The notes under the pieces were generated by a model, which saw only the letters and a list, made by a program, of their open reading frames with translations, was not told the origin of the DNA and did not search any database. The position numbers were made by a program, and so were the translations under genes. This document shows positions 48,807 to 60,048 of a stretch of DNA of 64,000 nt, piece after piece. How positions within the stretch are numbered: position 1 is the first letter of the stretch; each line of letters opens with the position of its first letter. Source of the stretch: Cyanophora paradoxa CCMP329 (lineage: Eukaryota > Plantae > Glaucophyta); assembly GCA_004431415.1 (NCBI GenBank), contig QPMI01000411.1, positions 186,001-250,000 on the forward strand. Direction: 5' to 3'.

Positions 48807-51800
48807 ATGCCTGCGACGGGCGGTCGCGGCGCGAGCTCCGCGGGGGGCGGCACCGGCGCCCAGCACGCGGAGCAGCGCGGTTGCGATCGGGCAGATTGCG
48901 CGTGCGCGTCGCCGGCGCTGCCGGCGCGGGTCGCCTGCGCATGCAGCTGGCCGCTTTCGACGCAGCTCCGCGGCCTCGCGATCGGCCCTCGGGCGGTGCC
49001 CCCGAGCCCATTGAGCCTACCCGCCAAGTCGCCCTCCGAGCCGGCCTCGCCGCTCGAGCTCCGGCGGGCCTCGAAGGAGGGCGGGCAGCGGCGCCCCTCG
49101 GGGGATCCGGAGGGCCCGCTCGGGAGCCCCGCGCCGGCCACGTACGACCCGTCGGCGGGCCCCGCGCAGGCCGGCGCCGCCGCGTGCACTGAGGGGGCGG
49201 ACCCCGCGCTCGAGGGGCTCGACCCCCTCCTCCGCTTCCGCGACCCGCGCGCCGCCGCCGAGTACCACTCCGAGTGGCGCGCGCCCCTCCCCGCCTTGAG
49301 CTCGGGGCCACATCCGCCCGCGCGCGCGCATTCGATGATTCTGAGCGCCGCGCTGCGCAGGGCGCGGAACCACCGCGGGCCCTTCCGCGCCGCGGCGCTC
49401 GCGTCGACGGCGGCGCTCGCCGCGGCGCTCGCGGCGGCTCAGCGGGGCCCGGGAGGCGCCGCCCCGCCGCAGGATTTGGGCCTTCGCATCCTGTGCGCGC
49501 CTTGCGCGGCTGTTCACAATTAACATTGCCCGCAAGCGTGCGTCCTGAGGCTCACATCCCTCGTGCAGCCTCGCCTGCAGCGCCGCCCTCGCGGCCCTCG
49601 CATTCTCCCCCATCCTCGGCGGCTCCCGCCCCCGCGCCTGGCAGGTGCGCCCCACTCACCCAGCACCACGGCCCTGTGCACGTACCCCGCCGCCGGGAAT
49701 GACGCGGCTCCGCCGCCGCAGCTCGCCTCGAGCGCGCTCCTCGCCGCCCTGTACGCTTCGGATGCGGTACCCCTGCTCCTCGGGGGGATTCCGGCGCGCC
49801 CCTCGGCCCTCGGCTGCTTCCGCGTATCCCCCCTCCTCGCCGTCCTCGCCGTGGTGCATTCGAGCCCGCACCCCGGCCTCGCGCCGCGCCTGGAGCTGAC
49901 GTGCGGTGGGCGCAGGTGCTGGGGGGCCAGTCCTGGCTCTCCTCGGCCCTCGTTGGCGCCGCGTGGACGGCCGCCGCCGCCGCCGCCACAGCCTCCGGCG
50001 CCCTCGCTCGTCCCGACTTCGGCCCCGCGGGTACCCGTCCGAATCCCCCCCCCCCCCCCCCCGCCCCGCCCCCCCCCCCCCCCCTTCCCCCTCCTCAAGA
50101 TTCGCCGCAGAGGTGGCGGCGCTTGCGGCGTACGTCCTCGCGGGCGCCGCCGTGCGCTGTACCCTACCTCTGCGTGCCTCCTTCTGCTGTCCCCCCCCTC
50201 CGGATCCAACCGGGTGGCGGGACAGGTCTCGTACGCGCACGAGGGGCGCATCAAGCAGGCGTGGGTCCTCTCGCGGCAGCTCCGCCGCGCCAAGGGTCCG
50301 CCCTCGCCCTCCAGATCTAGATCTAGGCCGCTTCGCCGCGCGTCCGCCCCGCCTGCTGGCGATCGTAGACGTGGGACCGTACCGGCGGGCGCCTCCCGCA
50401 GAGGCGGCGGACGCCGGCCTGCGCGCCAAGTCCCTCTTCCTCTCCAACACCAACCACGAGGCCCGCCTCGCCCGCCCCCGCCCCCGCCCCGCCCTGCGTT
50501 GACATGTGTGCGCCCTGCGCGCAGCTGCGGACGCCGCTGCACGGGATCATCGGGACGACGGACCTGCTCTTCGAGACCGAGCTCGACGCCGAGCAGGCCG
50601 AGTGCCTCCAGGTACCCTCACCCCCCTTTCCCCCCCCCCTTCCCGTGGTCTAGAGCGCCCTGGGGTTCTCCTGCTCCACCGCCCACGGTCGCCCCCGATC
50701 GACCCCGCGCGCGCAGACGATCCGCCGCTGCACAGAGAACCTCCTCGCCACAGTCTGCGGTCCGCCCCGCCCCACCCCGCTCACTGCGACCCGGGGCCGA
50801 CGCGGGCCTTGTCCCCCCGCGCGCAGACATCCTGGACCTCGAGAAGGCCGCCGCCGGGGAGCTCGAGCTCGAGGCACGACTCCGGCCTTCTCCCAATCGT
50901 CTCCCGCGTACCCCCCCTGACGATCGCGGGCGCGGCAGGAGCGCCCCTTCGTGCTGCGGGAGGCGCTGGAGGACGTGGCGGGGATCCTGTACCCCGTGGC
51001 GCAGGGGAAGGGGGTGGACCTGGCGTGCAGCGTGGAGGGGCGGCTGGCGGGGGCGGCGTGCCTGGGCGACGCGGCGCGCCTCAAGCAGGTCCTCATCAAC
51101 CTCGCCTCCAACGTCCGCGCCCCCGCCCCCGCCCCCCCCCCCCCCCGCTGCCGTGCTGAATGCGGGCGGGGGCGGGGGGCGGGGGCAGGGGGTGAAGTTC
51201 GCGTCGCGGGAGGTGTCTCCCGACTCCATCCGCGGAGGCTCCCTCGCCCTCCTCGGCCCCGGCCAGGTCCCCAGCCCTCTGCCCGCCCCACCCCACGCGC
51301 CGCCCCGCCCGAGCCCCGCGGCGCGCGCCCGGACCGCAGGTGATGATCCGCGCGGCCCCGGCGGAGGCGCCCCGGGCGGGGGACCCCCGCCCCTGGCTCC
51401 GCCTCAGCGTCAAGGACAACGGCATCGGTGCCCTCTCTCCTGCAGAGCAGGCCTAGGGCGGGGCCGGGGCGCTGAACGGAGGGGCGGGGGCAGGGATCCC
51501 GGCGGGGAAGATGGGCCGCCTCTTCCTGCCCTTCAGCCAGATCGACGCCAAGCACACGCGCAAGTACGGTGCGCCGCCTCGCGCTCCTCCTCGCCCCGGT
51601 CGCCCCTTGTTCGCCTCTGAGCTCGAGCCTCGCGCAGGCGGCTCGGGGCTGGGCCTCTCCCTCGTGAAGGCCTTCGTGGAGCGCATGGGCGGCCGAGTCT
51701 CCGTCTCCTCCACCCAGTGGAAGGCCCGCCGCCCTCCCCCGAGACGCAGAGCTCATGATCATCCCACCGCCTCCCAGGGCTCACAAGGCCCGAGCGCAGG

Positions 51801-52235
51801 GCTCCGAGTTCGTCGTCCTCCTCCCCCTCCGCCTCGTCGACGCCGACTCGGCAGCCTCGAGCCCGCGCCCCGCCTGCCCCGAGGCGGCCCCCGCCCCGGG
51901 GCGGGCCGCGGCGCTCCGGCTGCGGCCGTGGCGCCCGTGCGCGCGGGCGGCGCTGGAGGAGGCCCTCGCGGGGAGGGCTACGCCTGCTCCGAGGCTGCCC
52001 CGCCCGGCCCGGGCGCCGGCGTCCTTCTCGTCACCGACGACCCGAGGAGGCCGCCGCCGCCCGCGCCGCCGACCCCGCCGCCCCCGTCCTCGAGATCGGC
52101 GTCCCCGGGGAGGCGCCGCTGAGGCGGGCCGGCGCGGGAGCGTTGCGGGGAGCGGGAGGGGCGGGAGGGGGAGCCGGCGGGGCGCCTGCTCCTTCCCGTC
52201 CGCCTCGCCGCCCTCCGCGAGGCCCTCCGCTCCTG

Positions 52236-52269
<34 letters not shown>

Positions 52270-53143
52270 CGTAGCCGCTCCAGCTCGCCTGCGGCCCCCG
52301 CCCCCGCCGCCCCGGCCGCCCCCAGCGCCCTCGAGGCCTCCGCAAGCGGCCCCTGGTATGCAGTCGCCTGTATTCCGCGCGGGTCCTGCCTCCTCGCTGA
52401 CGGCGTACCCTTCAGCGACGCGAACGGCGCGCTCTCGCGCCCCCTCGCCGCCCCCTCGCCCCCGCCCCCGCTCCCCTGGCGCGCCACGCGCATCCTGGTC
52501 GCGGAGGTACGCTGCACCCCCCTGCCTCTTCCCTCTCGAGACCCATGACGTGCGCGGGGCGGATCCGGATGGGCGGGCAGGACAACAGTGTGAACGCGGT
52601 GCTGCTGGGGAAGATGCTCTCGCGCCTCGGCTTCGAGCACGAGATCGTGGCGGACGGGCTCGCCGCCGTCCAGGCCTGCCGCACGTGCGCCGCCCCCGAC
52701 CCCGCCCCCGCCCCCGCCTCCGCCCCCGCGCCTTGCGCTTCTTCGCATCTTCTGACCCCCCGCCCCGCGCCGCGCCGCAGGGGCCGTTTCCAGGCCCTCA
52801 TCACAGACATCCAGATGCCGTTGATGGTCCCGCCCCGGCCCCTCCCTCGCCTCGCCGAGCCCTCGCCTCGAGCTTGCGATGACGCGCGCCCCGGCAGGAC
52901 GGGTTCGAGGTGTGCGCGGCGGTGCGGGGGATGCAGGCGGGCGGGGAGCTGCCGGCCTCGTTCCTCGTGCTCGGCTGCAGCGCGAACGCGTCGGGGGAGG
53001 ACCGGGCGCGGGGCGCGCGCTGCGGCATGGCGGAGTACGTCGTCAAGCCCTGCCGCATGCCCGAGCTCCGCGCCGTCCTCGGCCGCCTCGGCCTCATGCC
53101 CGAGCCCGAGCCCGAAGCCGCCCCCAAGAGCTCCGGCGCCTAG
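48807..53143 (+). CDS. Membrane hybrid sensor histidine kinase (multi-TM, HisKA, HATPase, receiver)
   Basis: AKSLFLSNTNHE|LRTPLHGIIG (H box), LKQVLINLASN|GVKF (N box), VKDNGIG (G1), LFLPFSQID (F), GGSGLGLS (G2). Receiver ILVAE|DNSVN...LITDIQMP...SANA...VVKP. TAG at 53141-53143. The start codon is approximate. Confidence 0.92.
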
Positions 53144-53667
53144 GCAGCCGGGGCGCCCCGCCCCGCCCCCCGCCCCACTCGGGCTCCTTGATTACGCTCC
53201 GTGATTTATATAATTAGTCATTTGTGTCATCATTTTTTTCCTCTTATATAATTAGATGCCAATGTTCATGAGCTTCGCCTTTTCTCCTTTCAAAGTTTCC
53301 TGAGCTCGCGATCGGCCCAGTGGCTTTGATTTCACCGAGCCGGCCTGCAGCTAGCGCTGTACGTATACATGTAGAGCGTCGGACGAGCTACAGCAATGCG
53401 GCCTGGCAGTTAGACTTGCCAAAGTTGACACGTCGGAGCTCGACTCGGCAGGCTCATGATCACGATCACTGATCATGAGTTCCACCGAGCCAAAGTTTTG
53501 ACATTCAGAGACTGAGTCGATCAGAGTCTTTCAGAATTCAGACTGATTTCACTTTTTGTGTTTCGAACTTCGTCACTGTGGCACGGTGTGCTGCGGTGGT
53601 CGACGTCACAATTTGCACGTGCGCATGCGCATGCACGCGACGCCGTGACTGTCGGAGGGTCGACTGT

Positions 53668-53812
53668 CTGACATGAGCAGCAGGAGGGATTCGCAGCGGC
53701 GAGTTCACAGCGTCGCAGCGACGCGCAGCTCGCTCCCAGCGATGGCCGCCTCGGCCCTGGTGGACTTCATGGCCAGCGACCTTCTGGCGAGATGCAGCTC
53801 CGGGCGCGATGC
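53668..53812 (+). repeat. Diverged partial copy of 56268-56415 (5' region of the LOTUS/RRM gene)
   Basis: Shared CAGCGACGCGCAGCTC...GATGGCCGCCTCGGCCCTGGTGGACTTC...CTGGCGAG...CAGCTCCGG. Confidence 0.8.
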
Positions 53813-54059
53813 CCTCGGAAGCAAGCGAGCCCCATGGACCGCCCTACAAACGCAATCGCGATGCGTCGCGCTCTGTGAAAGAGATGACGGGTATGAACAC
53901 GAGACTCGCTGGAGACAGCAGAACTGAAAGTGTGCGTGGGGGTGGGGGATGGGGTGGGGGTACGAGTTTCCAACCTCGTGCCCGCTCACAGAGCATCGAG
54001 AAGCTCCGGCGAAAACGCGCCTGTGAAGATCCGTCAGCGCGCGAAGCAATCGATTTCCC

Positions 54060-55975
54060 TCAATCGCAAAGAGGGCTACCGGGTTTCCACATGCGGAAGG
54101 AGCCTCGGAGCTGGAAGGCCTGGCCGGGGATGTTGAGGACCTGCGGGGGTACATCTCAGGATCGCCGGGTATAGAGAAGGACATTTTCGGGGGGGGTACG
54201 GGCGCACCTCCCAGTCGCCCGAGATGGATTCCTCCTCGGCGAATCCGGCGTACTCGACACTGTGCCGCCCCTGGTATGTCTGCCGGCCCCGCGAGCGTGG
54301 GTACAGTTTCAAAGAAGGGCTGGGGCTGTGTGCGAGAGGGGGGTACCTTGACGAAGAAGACCTCGCGGGTGGCAGGGTCGTACTGCCCCTGGATCGTGTA
54401 CCTGGCCGGCGAAGCGCTGAGGAGATGCGCAGCGAGTGCGGGCGCGGGTGGGGGACAGGGGCGCGCGCACCGGCCGACGTTGTCGACGCCGTCGGCGCGG
54501 ATCTTCCCGTCTCGCATGTCCAGGTTCAGCTTCATCTCGTCCCGCTCCCCGAACATGTACTGCGCGAGCCGCCCAGCCGCGCGTCAGCGCCCCGCCGCGC
54601 TCTCTCGCCCGGGCCGGCCGGCGCTGGGTTCGCCGGCGGCTGCGCGGCCGCGGGCTCGCACCTGGTAGAAGCCGCGCCAGAGGCCCGAGACGAAGGGCTC
54701 GTAGACGACGGTCTGGCGCCGCGGCGGCGAAATGCCCTCCGCCGGGAGCGCCGAGACGTCGCCCGGGGTCGCCGGCGCGTAATAGAACGGGCCCTCGGCG
54801 ACAGAGGGCGGCCGGTAAACAGCCGGCTCGGGGTGCCCGGGCGGCGCCAAGGTGGGGGCCTGCTGTCGGAGCTGCACGAGCTGCGCGGCGGCGCGGGCGA
54901 GGTTCTGCTGCGCGAGCCGCTCGGCCTCCAGCCGCTCCTGCTCCCGCCGCTGCTCTTCCAGGCGCTGCTGCTGCCGCCGCTCCTCATCCAACCGCCGCTG
55001 CTGCTCGAGCAGCTGCTGCGCGTAAGCCTGCGCCGAGCCCTTCGGCGGCTCCGCTGCGATTGCCTGCTGCGCCGGCGGCCGCGTGTAGTACAGCGAGTCC
55101 CGAGCCGCGTCCACGCTGCTGTAGTGCGCCGGAGGCTGCAGCGGCGGCTGCGTCACGGTGGCGAGCGGGAGGGCGTGTCCGTAGCTTGCGGAGGAGAGGG
55201 GCGCGGGAAGGGGTTCGTGGGAGGGAGCGTAATCGCCGACATCGCTCGTGTACGGGGCGAAGTGAAGGGCGCTGCGTGCGTAGTACGAGGAATGGATGCC
55301 GTGCGGAAACTCTAGAGAGTCGCCGACCGAGGGCTGCTGCGGGAGGGGCCCGCCAGCGGTGAATGGCCGCGGCGGCGCTGCCTGCTGGGCTGTTCCGGGC
55401 TCGCCGATCGCAAATGCAGGGCCCAGGCTCTCCGTGCTCGTGCGAAGGAACTCGCCGAACTGCTCTTCAAACTTGCGCTGTGACGGCTTCGGCGGCAGAC
55501 GCTGCAAGGGATCCTCGAGGCCCAGAAAACGCTTGATCTGCACCCAGAAGCTGCGGGAGCGCGACCGCTGCCGTCAGCGGTTTGTCGCTTGTCGCGGCAG
55601 GGATGGGCGCAGCGGTTGTGCGGAGCGCGCACCCTTCGAAGCCGGTGCAGCCTACTCCGCATGCCATCTGATCGGCAGTGCTCAGAACGCTGACGTCGAG
55701 GTCCTGGCCGCGTTCCGGCTCGCCTCTGCCGCGCCCACTTTCAATTCCGGAAGAGCGCCTCAAGGCTCTCGGGTGGGCCTCGAGGCGCACCGCGGTCGGA
55801 TGCCGCGTTTCCTTGGGGTCTCCTCGGGCGCTGGGACGACCTGGACTGGGCTGAAGAGTTCACGGACGGGTGCGAGTTGGGAGGCTGCCCAGGGCGTAAT
55901 GGCTGCGTCCTTGGCCTGCTGCGCTTGTAACTCCTCCGTGGGACTGTACACGAGGGCGCGCAGCCCGCGGCCCAT
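54060..55975 (-). CDS. Uncharacterised protein: low-complexity/coiled-coil N-terminal region plus a C-terminal ~110-aa beta-barrel-like domain
   Basis: Spliced SGLWRGFYQYMFGERDEMKLNLDMRDGKIRADGVDNVGRYTIQGQYD...FVKTYQGRHSVEYAG...ISGDWE...GSFRMWK. TGA at 54060-54062. Start uncertain. Confidence 0.7.
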
Positions 55976-56331
55976 CCAAGCGGGGCCGCGCGGTTTGAAA
56001 TTTGGGGTACGTTTACCGATCGATTTGTGGGGTACGTTTTTTGAGGCGTCGGCATAGTGGTTTCTCAATCGCGGGATGGGGTACAAGTGAGCTCGGGTTT
56101 TTTGCTGATGACTTAAATTTGTGGCGGACAACGCACGGCTGTGTCCGCGCCGATTTTCATTAGGAGGGGGGGGGGGTTCGAAAAACTGTGGTTAGGGGGG
56201 AATAGAAGCGGACTTGGTAGTTTTCTGGCGGATACGGCCGATATCGATGCTGTGAGCCTGTGACGACTCTGACGAGCAGGAGGAAGCCGAACGAGCGCAG
56301 CGTCCCAGCGACGCGCAGCTCCATCCTAGAG

Positions 56332-59300
56332 ATGGCCGCCTCGGCCCTGGTGGACTTCCCGGCGAACCGCGGCAGCCCCAGCGGCCTCCTGGCGAGCACC
56401 AGCTCCGGACGCGAGATGCAGACATCGACAGAGAGCGGGTCATCAGCGTCCGCGCGATCCAGTCCCGACACAGATGCGGCGAGTAGCGTCGTCCGGCCGG
56501 AGGCCCCTGAGCTGGCGCTGCCGGAGGCCGGATCCTCGAAGCAGGCTCCGACATCGACGGACCCGTACGTCGTCCCCGTCCCGTCCAGCGGCACGTTCTG
56601 ACGTTATGCGTTACCGCAGACATGATCTGGAGCAAATGCTGGCGTCCCTTCTGGCGGTGTCGGATGAATTCTCATTGGACCCGCAGCAGCAGCGAGCGCG
56701 GCTCTCGCCGCCGCAGTTTCATTCACTCTCGTCGCCATTGATTAGCGCAGCAGCCAGCTTGTCCCCGTCGGCAGCCCCCACTCTTTCCAGCCTATTGTCC
56801 AACGCCGCCTTCCGGTTACCATCAGCCACCGCGTTTCCCCATAGCTTTCACTCCCTTGGCGGTTCCCCTCTTCCCCCTCTTCCCGGTATGCATTTGCAGG
56901 TCTGTCTCTTCGCGCCCGCCTAACGCTTCCACAGGAAACTATGGCGATCTCCTGGGCCGGACGCTCAGCGCGATGTCGCCGGTGGACCAGAACGTACGTG
57001 GCGTTTCTGGGCGTACTCTTGATTCAGAAGCCTAAAACTGGCCGCTGCAGACCGCCGACGCGGACAAGAAGGTCGAAAACTTGTTCATCGTCGCGCTGGA
57101 CCTCGTTCGATCATATAAGCGGCCTCCCTTCGACATCAACACGATCAGCAATGAGATGAAGAGGATCGATCCGACTTATGACGTGCACAACACGAGCTAC
57201 GGGCGCTTTCTGGGTTCGCTATTTCCCCCCTCGTCGGCGTCCGGTGTCCAACCGTCAGGCGCAGAGCTGTGCAAGCACATGTCGGCCAAAGGCTATCTGT
57301 ACCTTACGCGCATCGGCGGCATCCCCATGGTCAAGGCGTACGGCAACGGAAGCAAGGTGGCGCTCCTTTTGCGACGGGAGCGTTTCACTGGGTCGCTGAA
57401 CGCGATCCCCGCCGCAGGACCGGAAGACGGGCCACCTGCCGACGATGCCGCCGTCGAGGCACTTATGGGTGCGGGGGGACGGGGGGCCCGGCGGCCCTCC
57501 CCCCAGGCGCTGAGTGGCGCCGCAGGTGGGGAGCGTCGGGCCGACGGTCACGAAGGAACAGCTCTTCGCGCTGTTCGGGCAGTTCGGGCCCATCGAGGCC
57601 GTCTCGATGCACACGAACATGGGGTCCGCACCGCCCCACTCTCGCCGCCCGCGCGCCGCCGGGCCCGCTGACCCCCGCGGCAGGTACGCGTTCATCGACT
57701 TCCAGAGCACGACGGACGCGTCGGCTGCGAAGGAGCAGCTGCAGGGCGCCGTCGTAGGCGACAAGAAGATTACGATCAACTTCGCCAAGGCACGCGCCCC
57801 TTTTCCCTCCTTTCCCGCTCCTTTCTTGCGGGGGGCGAGCCGGGGCGGGCAGGGCGAGGCGTCGCGGTCCATCCTGGTGGGGAACCTGGCGGACGTGACG
57901 GAGGAGCAGCTCTACGCCGAGTTCAGCTCGCACGGCCTCGTCGAGAAGGCCCGCCGCCCGCCCGCCCACCCGCCCCCGCCGCGCTCCCGGGCGATCGGCG
58001 AACATTCCTCCGCGCAGGTCACGCTCGCCCCGGAGCAGCAGTGCGCTTACGTCGACTTCGTGCGCAAGGAGGACGCGATCTCGGCCTTCTACAGCATGCA
58101 GGACCGCATCCTGGGCTCGCGGCGCATCCAGCTCGACTTCCTCAAGACGCGCGACAATCTGGAGAAGCGCATCTCGCGGCAGATGGCTGTCGAGCAGGCC
58201 ATGGGCGTAGGCGTAAACGTCGGCGTCCCCGGCGGCGCAGGCGGCGCGGCCGGCGGCTTCACGCAGTGGGCGATGAACCTGGCTCAGCGGCGGCAGGAGC
58301 TGGCCCGGCTGAAGCAGCTGCAGGCGACGCTGGGCGTGTCGGAGCAGCGGGGCGCCGGCCCCGGGACGAGCCTGAGCGAGGCGCTGCTGCTGGAAATCAT
58401 TCGGGACGCGCTGGCAGACGTGGGGGAGGTCCGTTTGAACGAGCTCGGCAAGTACCTCACCCAGCGCACCGGCTTCGCCTTCCAGCAGCAGCAGGGCGGC
58501 CTCAAGGGTGCGTGATCTTGCTCTCCTGTCTGCGCGTGCTCGCGGCCCTGACCGACTGCCCCGCGCAGGCTTCATGCTGCGGCACTCGGACACCTTCATG
58601 ATGGTGAACGACCTGCCCGACAACCCCCTCGTCTCCCTCCGCTCCCGCGGGCCCGTGCCCGTCGCCCCCAACCCCGCCGCGGCCGCCGCTGCCGCGGCGG
58701 CGGCCGCGGCCGCCTTCTCGAACGGCTACGGGGATCTGCCGGCGCACCTGCACCCGAACGGGAGCGCGAGCGAGCCGGCGTCGCCGGTGATCCGGCCGCG
58801 CTCCTTCGGGCCGGGCTCGTTCGGGTCGCCCTCGGCGCAGGCCTCGCTCGGCATGCCGCCGCTCCCGCCCCTCCAGCCCAACGACCCCTCGTACGCCCAT
58901 CTCCTCGCCTCCCTCTCCGCCCTCGCCGGCAGCGGCAAGCTCCCCGCCAGCCCCCCCGTCGGGCCCCTGCAGATGTCGGCCTTCTCGCCCCCGATGCTCT
59001 CGCCGGGGGCGTCCCCGGCGGGGCCGCGCCCCGGGGGCCTCTCGGGCCCGCCCTCTCTAAGCCCGCCATCGTCGGCGACGGCGAGCCCGAGCCTCTCGCC
59101 CTACGGCAACCCCTCCCCCTCCTCCCCACCGTCGGCTCCTCGCCCTGGACCCAGCACCACCACCACCACGCCGCCGCCGCCGCCGCCGCCCGCTTCGGAT
59201 CCGACCCCCAGAGCATCTGGTCCTCGGCCGCCGCCGCCGCCGCCCTCCGCCAGGTCCAGGCGCAGCACCACGCGGCCGCAGCCGCCGCCGCTGCCGCCGT

Positions 59301-59367
59301 CGCGGCGGCGCAGGCCGGCCACAGCCACTACGGGGCGCCCCATTACGGGCACGGCTCCCCCTTCTAG
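56332..59367 (+). CDS. RNA-binding protein: LOTUS/OST-HTH, two RRMs, second HTH/LOTUS-like domain and Pro/Ser/Ala/His low-complexity tail
   Basis: ISNEMKRIDPTYDVHNTSYGRFLEL (LOTUS-like). PPSRHLWVGSV...YAFIDF and SRSILVGNL...CAYVDF (RRMs). VRLNELGKYL...GGLKGFMLRHSDTF (LOTUS-like). TAG at 59365-59367. A 1-nt C-run indel at ~59125 is corrected by the duplicate copy. Confidence 0.85.
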
Positions 59368-59689
59368 TCCGAGACAGGCACGGGACTGCCGCCTCCCTGC
59401 GTGCAAGGCAGGGCCCCGGCAGGTCTTTTTTGAACGGTGCGGGATCATGCCCCGCACCTCCGAGTGCAACTGTACCCCCAGCGCTTTTGTCGCTGGCTCA
59501 CCACAAGGAGAGCCAGCCTTTGCAAGGGTAGCAGGCCCTTTTCAACCTGTTACACAGAGTAATCCCATGCACAGACCTGCATCCATGTTCTCTGTCTCTG
59601 TTGTCAATATCCTTCTCTCCTTTCTTTCCTCTAATACTTGATGTATCAGGTAGATATCATCTTTTGTAGTGTCGGGCACTTTGCGACCT

Positions 59690-60048
59690 CCGAGCCGGGG
59701 CGCGGGGCGCGGCGCACGTGCGGAAGCCGGCGCTGACGGAGTCGAGGGCGCTGTAGCTCACGCAGTAGTCCGTCGCCAGGCCGCACACGAACACCTCCGT
59801 CACCTGCCGCCCCCGGCCGAGGCCGCCGTCACCGGACGCGGCGGAGGGCGCCTCGGATTCGGCCGGGCGCCTCTGTGGCGCACCCCGCTGGCTCGGAGCA
59901 GGCTCGCAAGGTTCGTCTGCTTGCCCCGGTTGTTGTCTGTGCGGGGTACGGAGTCAGACGGGGGAAGGGGGGGTGGTGGGGGGCGGGGGGCGTACCCCAG
60001 AAGGCGGAGTACGAGTCAATTGTGGGATCGGTGCCCTTGTGAATGATG
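59690..60048 (-). pseudogene. Duplicated internal fragment of the nicotinamidase gene (copy of 62732-63085, introns included)
   Basis: Essentially identical sequence encoding IIHKGTDPTIDSYSAFW...GLATDYCV; no start or end of the gene. Confidence 0.92.

Noticed and set aside
56190-56200. Telomere-like TTAGGG
   Set aside because: A single unit, not an array.
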